Position numbers and translations under genes: made by a program. From Octopus sinensis (lineage: Eukaryota): a DNA stretch of 64,000 nt. Numbering within the stretch: position 1 is the first letter of the stretch; the number at the start of each line of letters is the position of its first letter. The stretch is taken from positions 66,836,001 through 66,900,000 of the forward strand of contig NC_042997.1 in the NCBI RefSeq assembly GCF_006345805.1, given 5' to 3'. The notes beneath the pieces were generated by a model, which was not told where the DNA came from, searched no databases, and saw nothing but the letters and a program-made list of their open reading frames with translations. Of this stretch, positions 1 to 13,680 are shown piece by piece.

Positions 1-1475
1 GAACCAGGTTTTCCTGGGTCTACCTCTTCCACAGGTCCCCTCAACTGCCAGGGTGTGGCACTTTTTCACACACCTATCTTCATCCATTCTCACCACATGA
101 CCATACCAGCGCAATCGTCTCTCTTGCACACAACATCTGATTCCTCTTAGGTCCAACTTTTCTCTCAAGGTACTTACACTCTGTCGACTATGAACACTGA
201 CATTACACATCCAACGGAGCATACTAGCTTCATTTCTCGCGAGCTTACGCATGTCCTCAGCAGTCACGGCCCATGTTTCACTGCCATGTAGCATGGCTGT
301 TCGTACACATGCATCATACAGTCTGCCTTTTACTCTGAGCGAGAGGCCTTTAGTCACCAACAGAGGTAAGAGCTCCCTAAACTTTGCCCAGGCTATTCTT
401 ACTCTAGCCGTTACACTTTCAGCACACCCACCCCCACTACTGACTTGGTCACCAAGATAACGGAAGCTATCAACTACTTCTAGTTTTTCCCCCTGGAAAG
501 TGACGGAAGTTGTTTTCTGCAGATTTTCAGAGGTTAATGCTCCCGAGCATCTGCCACATACAAAAACCATCTTCCTAGTTAGCCTTCCTATGACATTGCT
601 GCACCTCTTATGTGTCCATAGCTTACACTTGGTGCATCTTATAGAGTTTCTACCTACACCTTTTCTACAGATCGAGCAGGGCCATCTACCTGAAGGCGTT
701 TGTGATTTGTCTACCTTCCTACTTATTACGACTTTGGTTTTAGCTAGGTTGACTCTAAGGCCCTTCGATTCTAAACCATGCTTCCACACCTGAAACTTCT
801 TCTCCAGTTCTGATAATGACTCAGCAATTAGAGCAAGGTCATCAGCATAGAGGAGCTCCCAGGGGCATCCTGTCTTGAATTCCTCCGTTATTGCCTGGAG
901 GACTATGATAAATAGGAGGGGGCTGAGGACTGAGCCTTGGTGGACCCCTACCTCTACCCGGAATTCTTCACTGTACTCATTTCCAACCCTCACCTTACTA
1001 GCAGCGTCCCTGTACATGGCTTGCACAGCTCTCACTAACCATTCTTCTATTCCTAGTTTCCTCATTGACCACCATATGAGGGATCGAGGGACCCTGTCGA
1101 AGGCTTTCTCCATGTCAACAAAAGCCAGGTACAGGGCCTTATCTTTGGCTAGGTATTTCTCCTGCAGCTGCCTTACCAGGAATATAGCATCAGTGGTACT
1201 TTTCCCTGGCACGAAACCTAACTGCATCTCATCTAAACTAACTCTCTCTCTAATTAGTTGGCTTATGACCCTCTCTGTAACCTTCATCACCTGATCCAAC
1301 AGCTTGATACCTCTGTAATTATTTGTATCTAGGGCATCACCTTTACCTTTGTAGCAGTTGACTATTATGCTGCTACACCAGTCATTGGGTATGACTCCTT
1401 CATGTATCACCTGATTAACTATACAGGTGACTAGGCTATAGCCGACACTACCAGATATTTTGAGCATCTCTGCAG
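1..1475 (-). mobile_element. RTE-clade LINE (family A), 5'-truncated copy carrying the RT domain; continues beyond the window edge
   Basis: Colinear with 56887-58358. The minus frame encodes FVDMEKAFDRVPR and ELLYADDLALIAE. The ORF track lists no stop-terminated minus ORF here, consistent with a frame open to the window edge. Confidence 0.95.
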
Positions 1476-2126
1476 GGACTATTTATTGGAAGATTTTTAG
1501 AATTTATTAGTAGACTCTTTAAAACTCCCAGTAGTATTTTGCTACCTAGTTTGTTGCAATTTTTAGGGAATTCTGATTTTGTCTGCTAACAAATGCACAA
1601 TCTTGTTCATTTACTGACTGGTTCTATCATCACTACTTCAAGTGCTGCAAAGTTTTTTTCACTGATGAAATCATAATGCAGCAGAAACATATCTACTGTC
1701 ATTTCCAGTATTTATTGAAATAATTAAAATATTAGTCATTGGCTAATACTGATTTTTTTTTGTTTCTTTTTCCTGATAGTTAGCTTTTTAATGCACCCTG
1801 CATTAAAATGTGAGTGCTTATTTAACTACAATGTATCTTTGCTGAAAAGATGCAGTTGGAAAAAATTCAGGATTTTTATTACATTCATGAGGATCACATG
1901 TATTTGGGAATATCTATCTTATTGATTTTGATGTCTTCCTTTTATACTGCATCATTGTTAACAGAAAAATGAGTCAGCTAGTGTAAAATTGTAATGATTA
2001 TCTTCAATATTTTATAATACCAAACCTTTAAGGTGAACATCATATATGATAAACTGGTATTTAATTTATCAAAACAACTTTAACTGACTTACTAGCTTTG
2101 ACTTTACATTCAGTATCATTAACAAC

Positions 2127-2441
2127 AGTGGAGGCACAATGGCCCAGTGGTTAGGGCAGCGGACTCGCAGTCGGAGGATCACGGTTTCGATTCCCAGATG
2201 GGCATTGTGTGTGTTTATTGAGGGAAAACACCTAAAGCTCCACGAGGCTCCAGCAGGGGGGTGGGAGGCGACCCCTGTTGTACTCTTTTGCCCCAACTTT
2301 TTCTCACGCTTACTTCCTGTTTCTTGAGTAACGCTGTGATGGACTGGCGTCCCGTCCAACTGGGAGAAACACATACACCACAGAGACCAGGAAACCGAGC
2401 CCACGAGCCTGGCTAGGCTTGAAAAGGGTGCATAAATAAGA
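2127..2441 (+). mobile_element. tRNA-derived SINE with 12-bp target-site duplication
   Basis: A box TGGCCCAGTGGTT, B box GGTTTCGATTCCC, 3' GATGGACTGGCGTCCCGTCCA motif. TSD ATCATTAACAAC at 2115-2126 and 2442-2453. Confidence 0.9.
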
Positions 2442-2769
2442 ATCATTAACAACTAACCTAATCTGTATTGTTTCTGTTCTCTGTAAGCAATTTTTGTGAC
2501 AATCAATTATCTTCAGTTAATAAAATAGTATTTTATAAAAATTAATAATGTTTTATGATTAGGGAACAGCAAGCATTTTCTTATTGTGTGATCATGGCTG
2601 ATATATGTTTGAATCCTTTTTAAGATCTTATAGTTAGAGTTTAATAGAGCTGAATAGGCCTGCTCACTATATTTTATGAACAAATGCATATTTTGGTTGT
2701 GGCTAATTTCTTTAAAATCATTTTTCATTTCTATTTACTGTATTTTTCTCTTTCTTTTTTTTTTTACAG

Positions 2770-2983
2770 AAGTTGTAAACAACTTATGTTTTTCAAAGAA
2801 GAATGGAATATGAAACTTCCTAGTGCGTTCATTATTTCTAAAACCTTAAAGGAGAACTGTTACTCCTACTTCTACATGAAACGGCATTTTTTCCTAGTGT
2901 GTGTCATGTGCCTTGCTGATACAGTGGAGTGCATGCTGGCTCTTGTCTACCACTGCACAGCACAGGCTGCCATATTGGAGTGA
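2770..2983 (+). CDS. Probable terminal exon of an unidentified upstream host gene (frame uncertain)
   Basis: Long polypyrimidine tract ending TTTTTTTTACAG at 2769. One frame reads VVNNLCFSKKNGI* (stop 2811-2813); another is open to 2983. About 5 kb of TE-free, U-rich sequence follows. Confidence 0.5.
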
Positions 2984-5900
2984 TTGAGTGTGTTCTCTAG
3001 TGTCAGCCCAGCACATGTCCACATTTCCTACAACACAATACTCACTAGCTGACCTCACATGCTTTATTCAATTGCAGCATTATTATTATTATTGTTATTA
3101 GATTGTCATTTTGCTACATATTTGTCCATTGGATTTTAATGTGATTATGGCTTATTTTATTGTCTCATCTATTTTTTTCTTTGCTCTCTAATAATCAGTA
3201 CGAAAAAAAAAAGAAAGAAATGATGGCTGAATTATAAACAAAAAACAAATTAGTGAACATGTTGGATCATTTCAATAGAATACTTCACAACATATGTTTG
3301 GTCCACTTTGATTTCTTGTGAAGATGTTAACCAATCCTCCTAATGGAAGCCAGCCTGATAATTCTCCCTCAACAAAAAAGTTTCATCATAAAAACAATTT
3401 TGATTTTTAAATTCAAATGTAACAAAACTTTTCCCAATCACAGAGCAGTGCTTTATTTCAACTTTTGGTTTTTATTAAAAATAGCTTAACATTCATTGTA
3501 TATAATATATATAATACATAGAAACAAAAATAACTACCAACCCTCAACAAAAAATTCAACTGCTTTTTGTTCTTCATATAATGCAGTTTTATTTTAAATA
3601 CTTAGCTAAAGAACCAGCTTAGCACTTGGTTTTCTGTATAATTTCTCATTAAATTGGTGACAGATTTTTTTTCATTTGACAAACAGGTATAAAATATTAT
3701 ATATTTTTGTTTGAAAAAAAAAAAAGTATCAGCAGATTTTTTACTAGCTCTTATCTTCTGCTGTTGGATAATAGTATAATTTTGTTCATTAAAAAAACTG
3801 TATCTGAATGTCAGGAGAAAATGTGTTTAATGATAAATTATGTTTCTTTAAACAGAACACATATATGAGTGGTTTTAGTTAGCTTCAGTAGTGTTTCCAA
3901 AGTTAATAATAGTACTTTAGTGGTAGTGAGGGACTTCTATATATATAATATATATATATGTGTGTGTGTGTCTAACATAATTATTTTATTTTTAAATCCT
4001 TAAACAGTTTAGAATATGAAACAACCAGTTATGTTATTTTGAATATTAATTCTTAGATTTTCTTGATAATATTGATCATCTGTAATGTTATCATTCTTTT
4101 TTATACTGGATGTGTTTCTGAGCAGGATTAATTTTTATCTTATTTAGTGGTTCAGTTTCAGTTTTGGTAAACAAAATCTACACTGAAACTGAACTAATAT
4201 TTATACATAACAGATCTTCTTCTCAGTAATGTCATCTTTAGCCATCACTGATAAAAAGGTTTTGTTTAAATTCTGTGATTAGGTTCTTCTTTTTAAATAA
4301 TATTAATGGGAGATTCTAATCACATGGCACTATCCTTTTTGACTTATAAACACTTCTTATGATTGCTCTGCTGGTAGCTTGAGTCATATTAGTGTGGTTG
4401 AAACATTTTTCTCTTCAGTTATAATATTTAGAGATGTGCATGTGCACACTCTCACACACAGTAGTACATTATATTTTAATTTTTTGCTCGTATTGTTTGA
4501 GTTACACATGATCTTGGAAGTATTGTCTCTTGAAAATCTAAGCATGGAATGCTGACCTTCAGTATAATCTGAATTAGTAGCTTAATGGAATAGTTATCAA
4601 GAACATGTGTTTATTACACAAATTGAATCTTGAGGACATCAAACTTTGTTCCACATGTTGGACAAGTTGCTCTGAATTATATTGAGGATTTGGACATCTT
4701 TTTTCATTGGAGCTGGATGCTATTCTATGGAGATATATAGATTTGGAAATATTTTAGCTTAATTTACAATATACCAACCTATTATATTAATTTGTCTGTT
4801 ACCAATAAACAGAAGTCTTAGGATTGAAAGCAGGATTCCTACTTTTGACAAATAATGTTTATTTGATTTTAGCTTAATTATAAGTACATTACATGTAATG
4901 GAAGTTCCTTTCTATTAGAGGTTTTGGCTCCTGCTTCTTGGGTATTACTAGTGTTGTTTTCAGATGCCTGATTATCTAATAATTATGTAGATGTTCAAAT
5001 TTTTTATAGTTATTTAACTTTAAAAAAAATTGTTTTGTCAGTGAATTCTAATTATATTTGACAGGATCATTTATGCTATCAACAATTAGGTATAGAACTA
5101 AACAAAATATATATACTTTGAAATCTGTCTTCATGAAATGCTCCTATCTTCAAATTTCGGCTGATATTTATTGTCCATATTCTTATATATACATCGCCCT
5201 TCCTCTGCACTTTCTTAGTAAGTCTAATTACCACTGTTTCATATATTTTGGATGTAATTTTAACCATGTTTCATCTAAAAACTATGTAAGAATGGTAATT
5301 ATGTTCAGTAACTCATTAATCATATAGACAGAAATATATCATATGAAATCTTAATTTGTTTTCTTTTGTGAGATTTTTATTTATTTCCTTAGGTTTTTTT
5401 TTTTAACAAAATTATTATTTCATTATTGTATTGTATGGAAAAGTGAAATCAGTTTTGGTTAATGATGTAAAAGAAAGTGCAGGAACTGGGGTAGGTGTAA
5501 ATTTCTTGCAGAAAAAAAGAAAAGATTAAGATACTACCGAGGTCATTTCACTAATATTGATTATACTGAAACAAGTGTTTCAATTTAATGGTTTTATTTT
5601 CTTACATTGGTGTGCTTGTATGTGTGGGAATGTGTATGCAATTAACTAAAGAAGTATTTGATGAAAAATAAATCTCATTATGCCAAAATTATTGATTTGG
5701 AGGTAAAAGATTAACCTGCTTCGTAACATTTTCCAAATTAATGTCTGCAAGAACTTTGTTGGGGTTTAAGCTATAGTTCTAAAATTACTAGTAAAACCAA
5801 ATAGTTCTTAATTCTAGCTATTTTTACATGTGTATTTAAAATAATTAAAAGAATAAGGGTGTCTCTTTTAATTATTTTTTAATAACTTGGATAGGTAATG

Positions 5901-7900
5901 AAATGCAATTATTTATATTTAAGATTTGAGTTTCCATCCCTTCTACCAACTCTGATAATCTTGTAGCTTTTATATTTTCCTCCTAATAGTTCTTTTGATT
6001 GACAATATGATAAGCTGTATGAACATGTTTGTTATTGCTTTTATGTAGCATACAAAATTGTTTTGTTTTGTTGTTGTTTTTTAAATAGCAACCAAACTAT
6101 ATTTATTACTCCATGTAAAGTTTTAGATCAATATTTATCTATGCTGCTTGTGCTAAACACTAATTTACCATGTTTGCTAAAATTGTCTTTCAAATTTTTA
6201 TTCTATTCATTCTTTTTTTTTCTCCTCCCCCTTTTTTTTTTTAGCTATGAAAATTTATTTAAACTCATCTGTGTATACAAATGGTTGCTTCTACAAATTG
6301 TTTTTCATGTTAATTTTTCTAAAGCCATTTTCAGCAGGTTTTTTTTTTTTTGTTCCGAAAAGAGTTTGTCTGTGATGTATGTTAGTATGCAACACTGGCT
6401 GAAAAAAAAAAAAGAAAAACACCTCCCCCCTCCAAAAAAACAGAACAGCAACATAACAAAATAAAATAAAAAGGAAGAAAGAAAAAGCAAAGGCAATCTT
6501 GTGTCATTTTATGCTTATCTAGTGCTCCAGAATTTCTTTTGGAATTATAATTCCCTCCAAAATAAATTTTCATTTTTAGACTGCTCTTGTATAATAAAGT
6601 TTATGTATTTTGAATGGATTTTGTTGGATATCATTGATACTTAATTTTTTTATTGCTTTGCTTCTCCCCTTGTTATGGACAAACTGTAAGTTTACTTTTT
6701 AGACTTACATCAGGTTAGCTTAGCTCAGTTGAATAGAGAATTTACTGTGGTTTTCCCCTCTTGTTTTCTTTTTTTCTTTCAATCATAATTCCTATTCATA
6801 GCTGTAGCTTAAGTTATTGCTGCTCTTCAACTAGTTTTCAAGACTTATTAAAACATTCTGTTATTAAAGGTGTTCAAGTTGTTGTTTAAGATTATTAAGT
6901 CTGTTGATTATTTCCTGTATGATATTTTGCCTTTGTTTTCCTTTTGCTAAAAACAAAACCAATTGTAATAAATTCATTAAAATACTTGTATAAACTTTAT
7001 ATTGAAATAAAATGAACAGAATCTTGAAACTGTACATAATCATTTTAGATTTATTTAACATGTTTTTAACTGATACATTTTGTATCTTGTTCCTTATTAG
7101 CTTCATTTAAATTAGTTTTATGGCTTCATAACATTCATACTTGCTTTGCACTCCACACACAATCCTGAAACAGAAAAAAATTTCTAAACTAGAATTACTG
7201 AAGTTTATTAGTGTATATACACACACACACACATTATGTACAATAGATTTTTACCGATGGAATTTTTTTAAGTTGCAAATAATGTGTAGGTATGTTTTAT
7301 GTGAAATTTTGCTCAAGTTCAGTACTTTGTGACTAATTTCTGTTTCACGTTTAAATTTTTTTTTTTTTAGTGTGGGTTGGTGGTGGTGGGACTTTAATTT
7401 GATGAAGTTTTCTTGTGAAAATCAAACTTGAGTACTTTAGATAGCTACTGCTCAAAAGCTAGATATGCCTGCTTGGATTATAAGGATATTTCTACATTTG
7501 TGTGATTGGATGAAAGTTTAAGAAACCCTATAAAACATTTGAATTTTTTTTTTAAACTCATTTAATTTTGATTTAAAAAAGAAATTATTTTATAGTATGT
7601 TAGTCTAGATTAAATTTATTTTATGATATTTTGACAAGCATTATTTGTCCTTTTGGTTCTATTTAAACTGAAACAGCTACGGTGTGTATACAAAAAAGAA
7701 AAAAGAAGCATTTTACAAATTTGTTGAGTCATAGTCATTATATTTATTTTATAGGTTATTTAGAATAAGTTGTTCATGCTTAAATATTATATCTGGTGGC
7801 AATATAGTCTGAATTGAAATTTATAAGATATTAACTTAAATTTGGTTTTCTTTGTAAAATTTGAGTTGAGAGCATGTATGTATGAATGTATGTATAAAAT
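2984..7900 (+). other. Putative long 3' UTR
   Basis: No recognisable TE over ~5 kb, unlike the rest of the window. T-rich, with homopolymer runs and several AATAAA. Confidence 0.4.
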
Positions 7901-8311
7901 ATGAATAAATATTTCCACCAGATACAATTACTGAATCTAATTTTTGCAATGTATTTTTCTTTATATAAATTATGCATTGTCTTATGAGCTGCATAGCAAC
8001 CTCAATAGTACAGGTGGCATGAAAATAACACCCAGTGCACATTATAAAGTGCTTGGGATTAGGAAGGACATCCAGCTGTAGAAACTATGCCAAAGCAGAT
8101 AGCATGATGCAGTCCTTGGACCTATTGGATACTGTCAGCCTACCCAACCCATATCAGCATGGAATATGGACATTAGATGTCAATGATGTGTCTGTCAGAT
8201 GACGAAAAAATATACAGAATTAAACACATTTTCATTTAGTCTCAGTATACCCAATTATTTCATCCTAAGAAACCAAGATTTCTCCATCTGAATTATGGCC
8301 TACCTGTAACA

Positions 8312-8550
8312 CAGTGTTTCTCAACCATTTTTTACTTATGGACCCCTTTGATTTCTATTTTACTTCGGTGAACCCTCATACCCATTCATTATTTGGAACA
8401 AAATCCTGTTATATTTTTACAATTAAATATTATCAGGAATTGTAAAAAAAAAAAAATTTAAATATTTTGTGTATTGTTAAAGTATAATTAATTTTTTGCA
8501 CATAAATTTTAATGACAAAATCTTATGTGGACCTGGGTTGAGAACCACTG
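8312..8550. mobile_element. hAT (Charlie/Buster-type) MITE
   Basis: TIRs CAGTGTTTCTCAACC / GGTTGAGAACCACTG. 8-bp TSD CTGTAACA / CTTTAACA. Confidence 0.85.
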
Positions 8551-9094
8551 CTTTAACAGATACTACTAGAGAAATTAGTATCTGGTAATTTACTACTAAC
8601 AAAGAACATCCAATTAATATTCCACTAGAAATTCATTTTCAATTCTCATACAACACCAACCACATAGCATAATGGATTGTTTGCTTCTGTTGAGAGGCAA
8701 GTGGAAATATAAATTATATTTGAATTTAGCTTGTGTCACAATTTAAAAATATTGTCCACTTTTCCATGCTTGCATTGGGTCAGATGGAATTTGCTAAGGC
8801 AGGCTCCATGGCTGGATATCCTTCCTGTAAATAACCCTCAACGTTTTTAAGGAAATTGAAAATGTATGACACCACTTTCAAGGCAGTGACACTGGTTTAC
8901 AACTATTATATGATGTCAAGACAAGGACACACATAAACATATTTTATATGATTCAACTAAGCTGTCATCATAGTGGGATTGAGCCTAAAAGTACAAGGTT
9001 GAGGAGCAACTTAATTAACGACAACCATGTACATGTGTATTTATGTGTGTAATATGTATATTAGATTATAATTTTATAGATATTTAGGTATATT

Positions 9095-9132
<38 letters not shown>

Positions 9133-9294
9133 TGTAAAGTGGTTGGTGTTAGGAAGGGCTCAAGCCATAAAAACCTTGCCAAAGCTGACAGTAAAGCTTG
9201 GCACAGTCTTCTGGCTTGCCAACTCTTGTCAGTGTCCAACCCATGCCAACATTGGAAGCAGGCATTAAATGATGATATAATATATAAATGTAAT

Positions 9295-9640
9295 TTGCTG
9301 TGTGGTAAGAAGTTTGCTTCTCAAGCACATTGTTCTGGGTTCAGTCTCACTGTGTAGCACCTTGGGTAAGTGTCTTCTACTATGGCCCCAGGCTGACCAA
9401 AGCCTTGTGAGTGGATTTGGTAGATGGAAACTGAAAGAAGTCCAGCATATCTATGTGTGTCTATATCTTGTCCCCCACCATTGCTTGACAACTGGTGTTG
9501 GTGTGTTTATGTCCCCATAACTTAGCAGTTTGACAAAACAGACCAATAGAATAAGTGCTGGGGTTGATGCATTCAACTAAAAGTACATAAAAGTGGTGCC
9601 CCAGCATGGCTGCAGCCTAATGACTGAAACAGATATAAAA
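9295..9640 (+). mobile_element. Octopus OR/OK-like tRNA-derived SINE. Related copies at ~11535(+), 11878(+), 13140(-), 19667(+), 21700(-), 22230(+), 24448(-), 33758(-), 38460(+), 55090(+), 55308(-), 61245(+), 62170(-)
   Basis: Recurrent head GCTGTGTGGTAAGAAGYTTGCTT..GGTTCAGTC, core ACCTTGGGCAAGTGTCTTCTAC and tail GACTGAAACAAGTAAAA, repeated throughout the window. Confidence 0.85.
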
Positions 9641-9959
9641 AGAGAGAGTGCATGTGTAATAAAGAGCATGAATTATAGCTAAGCTGCAGTCCTACATTTG
9701 TATGCATTGCTATATATGTTACAAAACATGCACTTTATATGTATATATTTGATTTATAAAGGAGATGGAAGATGCAAGAATGTTTATTGATCACTATAAT
9801 TGTTTCCACCCATCTAGCATCAATCTTTCACTGTGAAAGTGAATATGCATTACTTGTAAACTGCCAGGTGTACACCATACGATTTATTATCTAATAATAT
9901 ATGTGTGTGTAAAAGACAAGACCCCAGGATTGTACATAGAAATTCCTCCCTTCCCCCAC

Positions 9960-10222
9960 CTTCCAAGATAAGTCAGGGCAAGTTTGTTTCATGGAAGACC
10001 GGCAATTGCCCATGCATACCAATCTTCCTTCTCCACACCACCAATTCTATCCAAGGGAACGACAAAAGTAATGTCGCAACTCATTTCTACAGGTGAGTGA
10101 ACTGGAGCAATGTGAGACAAAGTGTCTTGCTCAAGAATGCAACACACAGCCTGGTCTGGGAATTGAACTCACTACTTCATGATTGTGAGCCTGACACTAA
10201 CCACTGAGCCATGTGCCTTCAT
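9960..10222 (-). mobile_element. tRNA-derived SINE with Meta/CORE-like central domain. Related copies at ~37060-37315 and ~50250-50485
   Basis: Minus strand has TGGCTCAGTGGTTAG and GAGTTCAATTCCC boxes, then CTTGAGCAAGACACTTT. Repeated elsewhere in the window. Confidence 0.75.
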
Positions 10223-10299
10223 GTATGTGATAAAATTAGTGTGGGAAACACCCAAGCTTTATATAGAGCAATAGTCAGTCATTGATCTTAATTCTCCTA

Positions 10300-10810
10300 C
10301 TGCACTACATGAAGTATATGCAGTGTGCAAGAGAGAAGACTGTACTGGTATGGCCATGTAATGTGTATGACTGAAAACAGTTACATCAAGAGGTGCCACT
10401 CTACAATTAAAGAGGGAACATATGGAAAGGGTAGACACAGGAAGATGTGGGACGAAATGGTGTGAAAAGATCTTATAGACATTGGGATTCGCAGTGGGGA
10501 TGACAGGGAACCAAGACTACTGGTAGTCTGTTGTGCTTGTAAAGATGTCAAGCTAAGTAAAAGTGTGGTTGCCCTTGCATACAGACTTGCCCTCTCCAGC
10601 TGAGCATCCCTAATCTTGCAGGCTCATAGGTGCTGGTGCTATGTAAAAAGCGCCCAGTACATTCCGTAAAGTGGTTAGTATTAAGAAAGGTATGCAGCCA
10701 TAGAAATCATACCAAAACGGACATGGAACTTGAACACCCCTTCATCTGGTCAGCTTCTGTCAAACCATTCAACCCATGCCAGGATGGAGAACAGACGTTA
10801 AATGATGACA
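10300..10810 (+). mobile_element. Degenerate RTE LINE 3' end
   Basis: Encodes VQERRLYWYGHV..EGTYGKGR..RKMWDE, matching the family A C-terminus, followed by a 3' UTR ending in ATGATGA. Confidence 0.75.
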
Positions 10811-11023
10811 TTGGAAATCATGTGATATATAATATCTATTATATAGGGGCTGGACAGGTGATTGGTACGTATTACATCAATAACTTGTTATTTTACTTGA
10901 CCCTAACATTCATACATACTAACACACAAGAATCTCACATGTGAAATATAATGAACTAAAAAGTTTCTATAAATGGATTATCTTTGCCCTTTGTAGACAG
11001 GAACTCCTTTTGCAGGTGTTTAA

Positions 11024-11192
11024 CCCTTTAGCATTCAACCCATCCATATCCAGCCTAAATATTTCATTTGTTTTATGTTCAAACCAGCCAGATGCAACCT
11101 CTCACACCTACTCTAAAAATAAGCAATCATGCGCTGAAAATCTCAAAGCTGCATGATTAATTCAAAACGACATGAATAAATAAGCATTAGGG
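11024..11192. mobile_element. piggyBac-like MITE, internally deleted copy
   Basis: TTAA-CCCTTTAGCATT...GGG-TTAA. Same family as 23771-23990. Confidence 0.75.
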
Positions 11193-13444
11193 TTAAACTC
11201 TATAAACAAGGGAGATAATTCCAACAATCAGTTAATCCAAGATTTGACAAACAAGGGCATCACGATAGATCTTGGCTCTTAAGTCTACTTGCGAAAGCAT
11301 TGTTTATGTTTCAGTCTTGTTAGATCTTCACAGTATAGCACATTCACATCAATGGGCTTGGACTTTGAATGATCAAACAGTTGTAGAGAGAGAGGCAGAG
11401 TAAAATGACTAATTATGTATCCTGAAAATGGGTAAAAGAGAATACTTGCCCTCAGATTGCAAGGATGATGTTAGTTGAAGTTACCCAGCTCACTACGTTT
11501 CATGAATGAGACTAAGATATGTGTGTGTGTATGCAGGTGTGTCTATATGGTAAAAAGTTTGCTTTCCAACCATATGGTTTGGGTTCAGTCGCACTGTGGA
11601 GAAAAGTAGCATGTCATATATATATATATATATATGTGTGTGGGGTGTCTTTATGTTTGTCCTTCTAGCAGTGCATGACAACTGGTGCTGGTTTGTTTAC
11701 TTCCCTGTAACTTAGCTTTTTGGCATGAACGACCAATAAAATAAGTACTAGATTTTTTTAAAAAATTAAATACTGAGGTCAATTCACTTGACTAAAATCC
11801 TTCAAGGTGGTGTCCCACATGGCCACAGTTGAATGACCGAAACAAGTAAAAAATAAAGGATATATATGGAGAGGGAAGCACAGGCAAAGGCTTGTGGTCA
11901 AGAAGTTCTCTTCCCAACCAATTGGCCTTGGATTCAATCTCATTGCACTGTACTTTGGCTAAGTGTCTTCTATATAGCTCAGGGCCAACCAAAAACTTGT
12001 GAGTGGACTTGATAAACAGAAATAGAAAGAAGCCCATTGTATATATGATTGTTTGTGTATCTGTGTTTACATTTGCCCTTCTCTGAATATATGCTCAGTT
12101 AAAGACTGATTTTGCTGTCATTCTGTCAATGGATTATCTGGTAGCTTTCTGCCTTCAAATATATGTCAAGTGCAGGCAAGAATCAGTAACAAGGACATTT
12201 GGTTGTAAAACACTGTCTCAGATATTTGTCTAACCTGTGCTAGCAAGAAAAGAAAAAAAAATCACAAAATCAAATGAAAGTGTGTGTGTGTCTATTGTAA
12301 GTATTTAATAACAAGTTGACTCAGTTCCCCCTGTACTAATTTTCATGGGCACAGGTACATCTACATTTTCAAGCATACATAGAGTAAGAAAGTTTAAAGA
12401 TGAGTTCTAAGTGAAAATGTTTTGTGTGTGGTGGGAGCTCCATTGGTCAGTTTGAGTCATGTGAATAGTTTGATAAAACAGTATGGTAACATAATAAATG
12501 CATACAGTGTCACTGTTTCCAGTAACATCAGGTGATTTTATGTACACTACCACACCATTTTTAAATACTTCCTATGATTCTGTATGTCTGATGATGTAGG
12601 CGCACATCTGCATAGAGTTAGGGTTATGGAATAAAGATATATACAGCTGCATGTTGGAGGAGAAGCAGTATTAAAAGGAAGAGTAAAGCAAGTGAGAGAG
12701 AGGGATTTAAATCAATGAGTAGTGCTGGTGCAATGATAAATTGCATCCTGTAAACTGGTTGGTATTTTGGACAGCATCCAGCTGCTACAACCATGCCAAA
12801 TAAAATGTACAAGTGAAACATTTCCTTCCAGATCATTGTAGAAGTTAGTAACTCTGAATAGGAGCTGATCCATCCAATATATACAAATGGATTGGTTGTA
12901 AAATGATGATTATGTGCACTGTGTGATTGTCTATGGTTAAGCAGAATTTATTGAGACAAATTTACTATGGCCAGATGGCCCTTTCTGTCACCAACCCTCA
13001 CCTGTTTCCACGTTAGGTAATATTTCCTATGTTCACAACATATGCCCTTTGCAGAAGACTAAATAAATGACATTGCCAGCTTGAAGGTAACTCTCATCTA
13101 CAATCATGAAGTGATGTCATGACAAAAGGGACCACATACACACATGCTTATATTCTGCCTACCAAATCCACTCACTAACCTAGGCTATACTAGAAGACAC
13201 TTGCCTAAAATGTTGTGCAGTGGAACTGAACCTAAAACCACATGGTTGGAAAGTAAGCCTCTTATCATACAGCCTTTCCTGTGCTTATAAAAATATATAT
13301 GTATATAGTTTCTCTTCCAGAGTAAAGAGCAGATCCGAAGTTAATGTATGAAGTATGATACTGTAAGGTGGTGGATGTGATTGTGAAAAATTTGCTATGA
13401 GTGGAGAAAATTTAATCAAATATATTCTAGTGGATGTATAATAT

Positions 13445-13680
13445 TGGTTTCAAATTTTGGCACAAGGCCAGCAATTTTGGGAGAGGGGTAAATCGATTGC
13501 ATTGACACCACAACTTCCTGTTTCCACTCCCTGTGCCTAACTGGTGGTTATTTTATTGACCCTAAAAGGATCAATGGCAAAGTGGACCTCGGCGGAATCT
13601 GAATTCAGAGCATAAAGACTGATGAAATGTTGCTACGCATTTTGCCCGATGTGCTAACGATTCTACCACCTCACTGCCTT
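13445..13680 (-). mobile_element. Nin/Deu-domain SINE
   Basis: Reverse complement of the family at 16339 (GCCGAGGTCCACTTTGCC..ATCCTTTTAGGGTCAATAAAATAA). Confidence 0.8.

Noticed and set aside
901-960. Retron/DGR-like prokaryotic RT system
   Set aside because: All RTs in the window are non-LTR or Penelope retrotransposon types, with matching tails and, for family B, a TSD.
251-1294. Plus-strand ORFs (also 57384-59434, 51230-54268 and 39330-39704)
   Set aside because: They are antisense shadows of the LINE RT frame.
2130-2200. tRNA gene
   Set aside because: A/B boxes are present but there is no complete cloverleaf. It is a SINE head bounded by a TSD.
12587-12615. CTGATGA hammerhead or C/D-box-like motif
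   Set aside because: No GAAA box or supporting stems.
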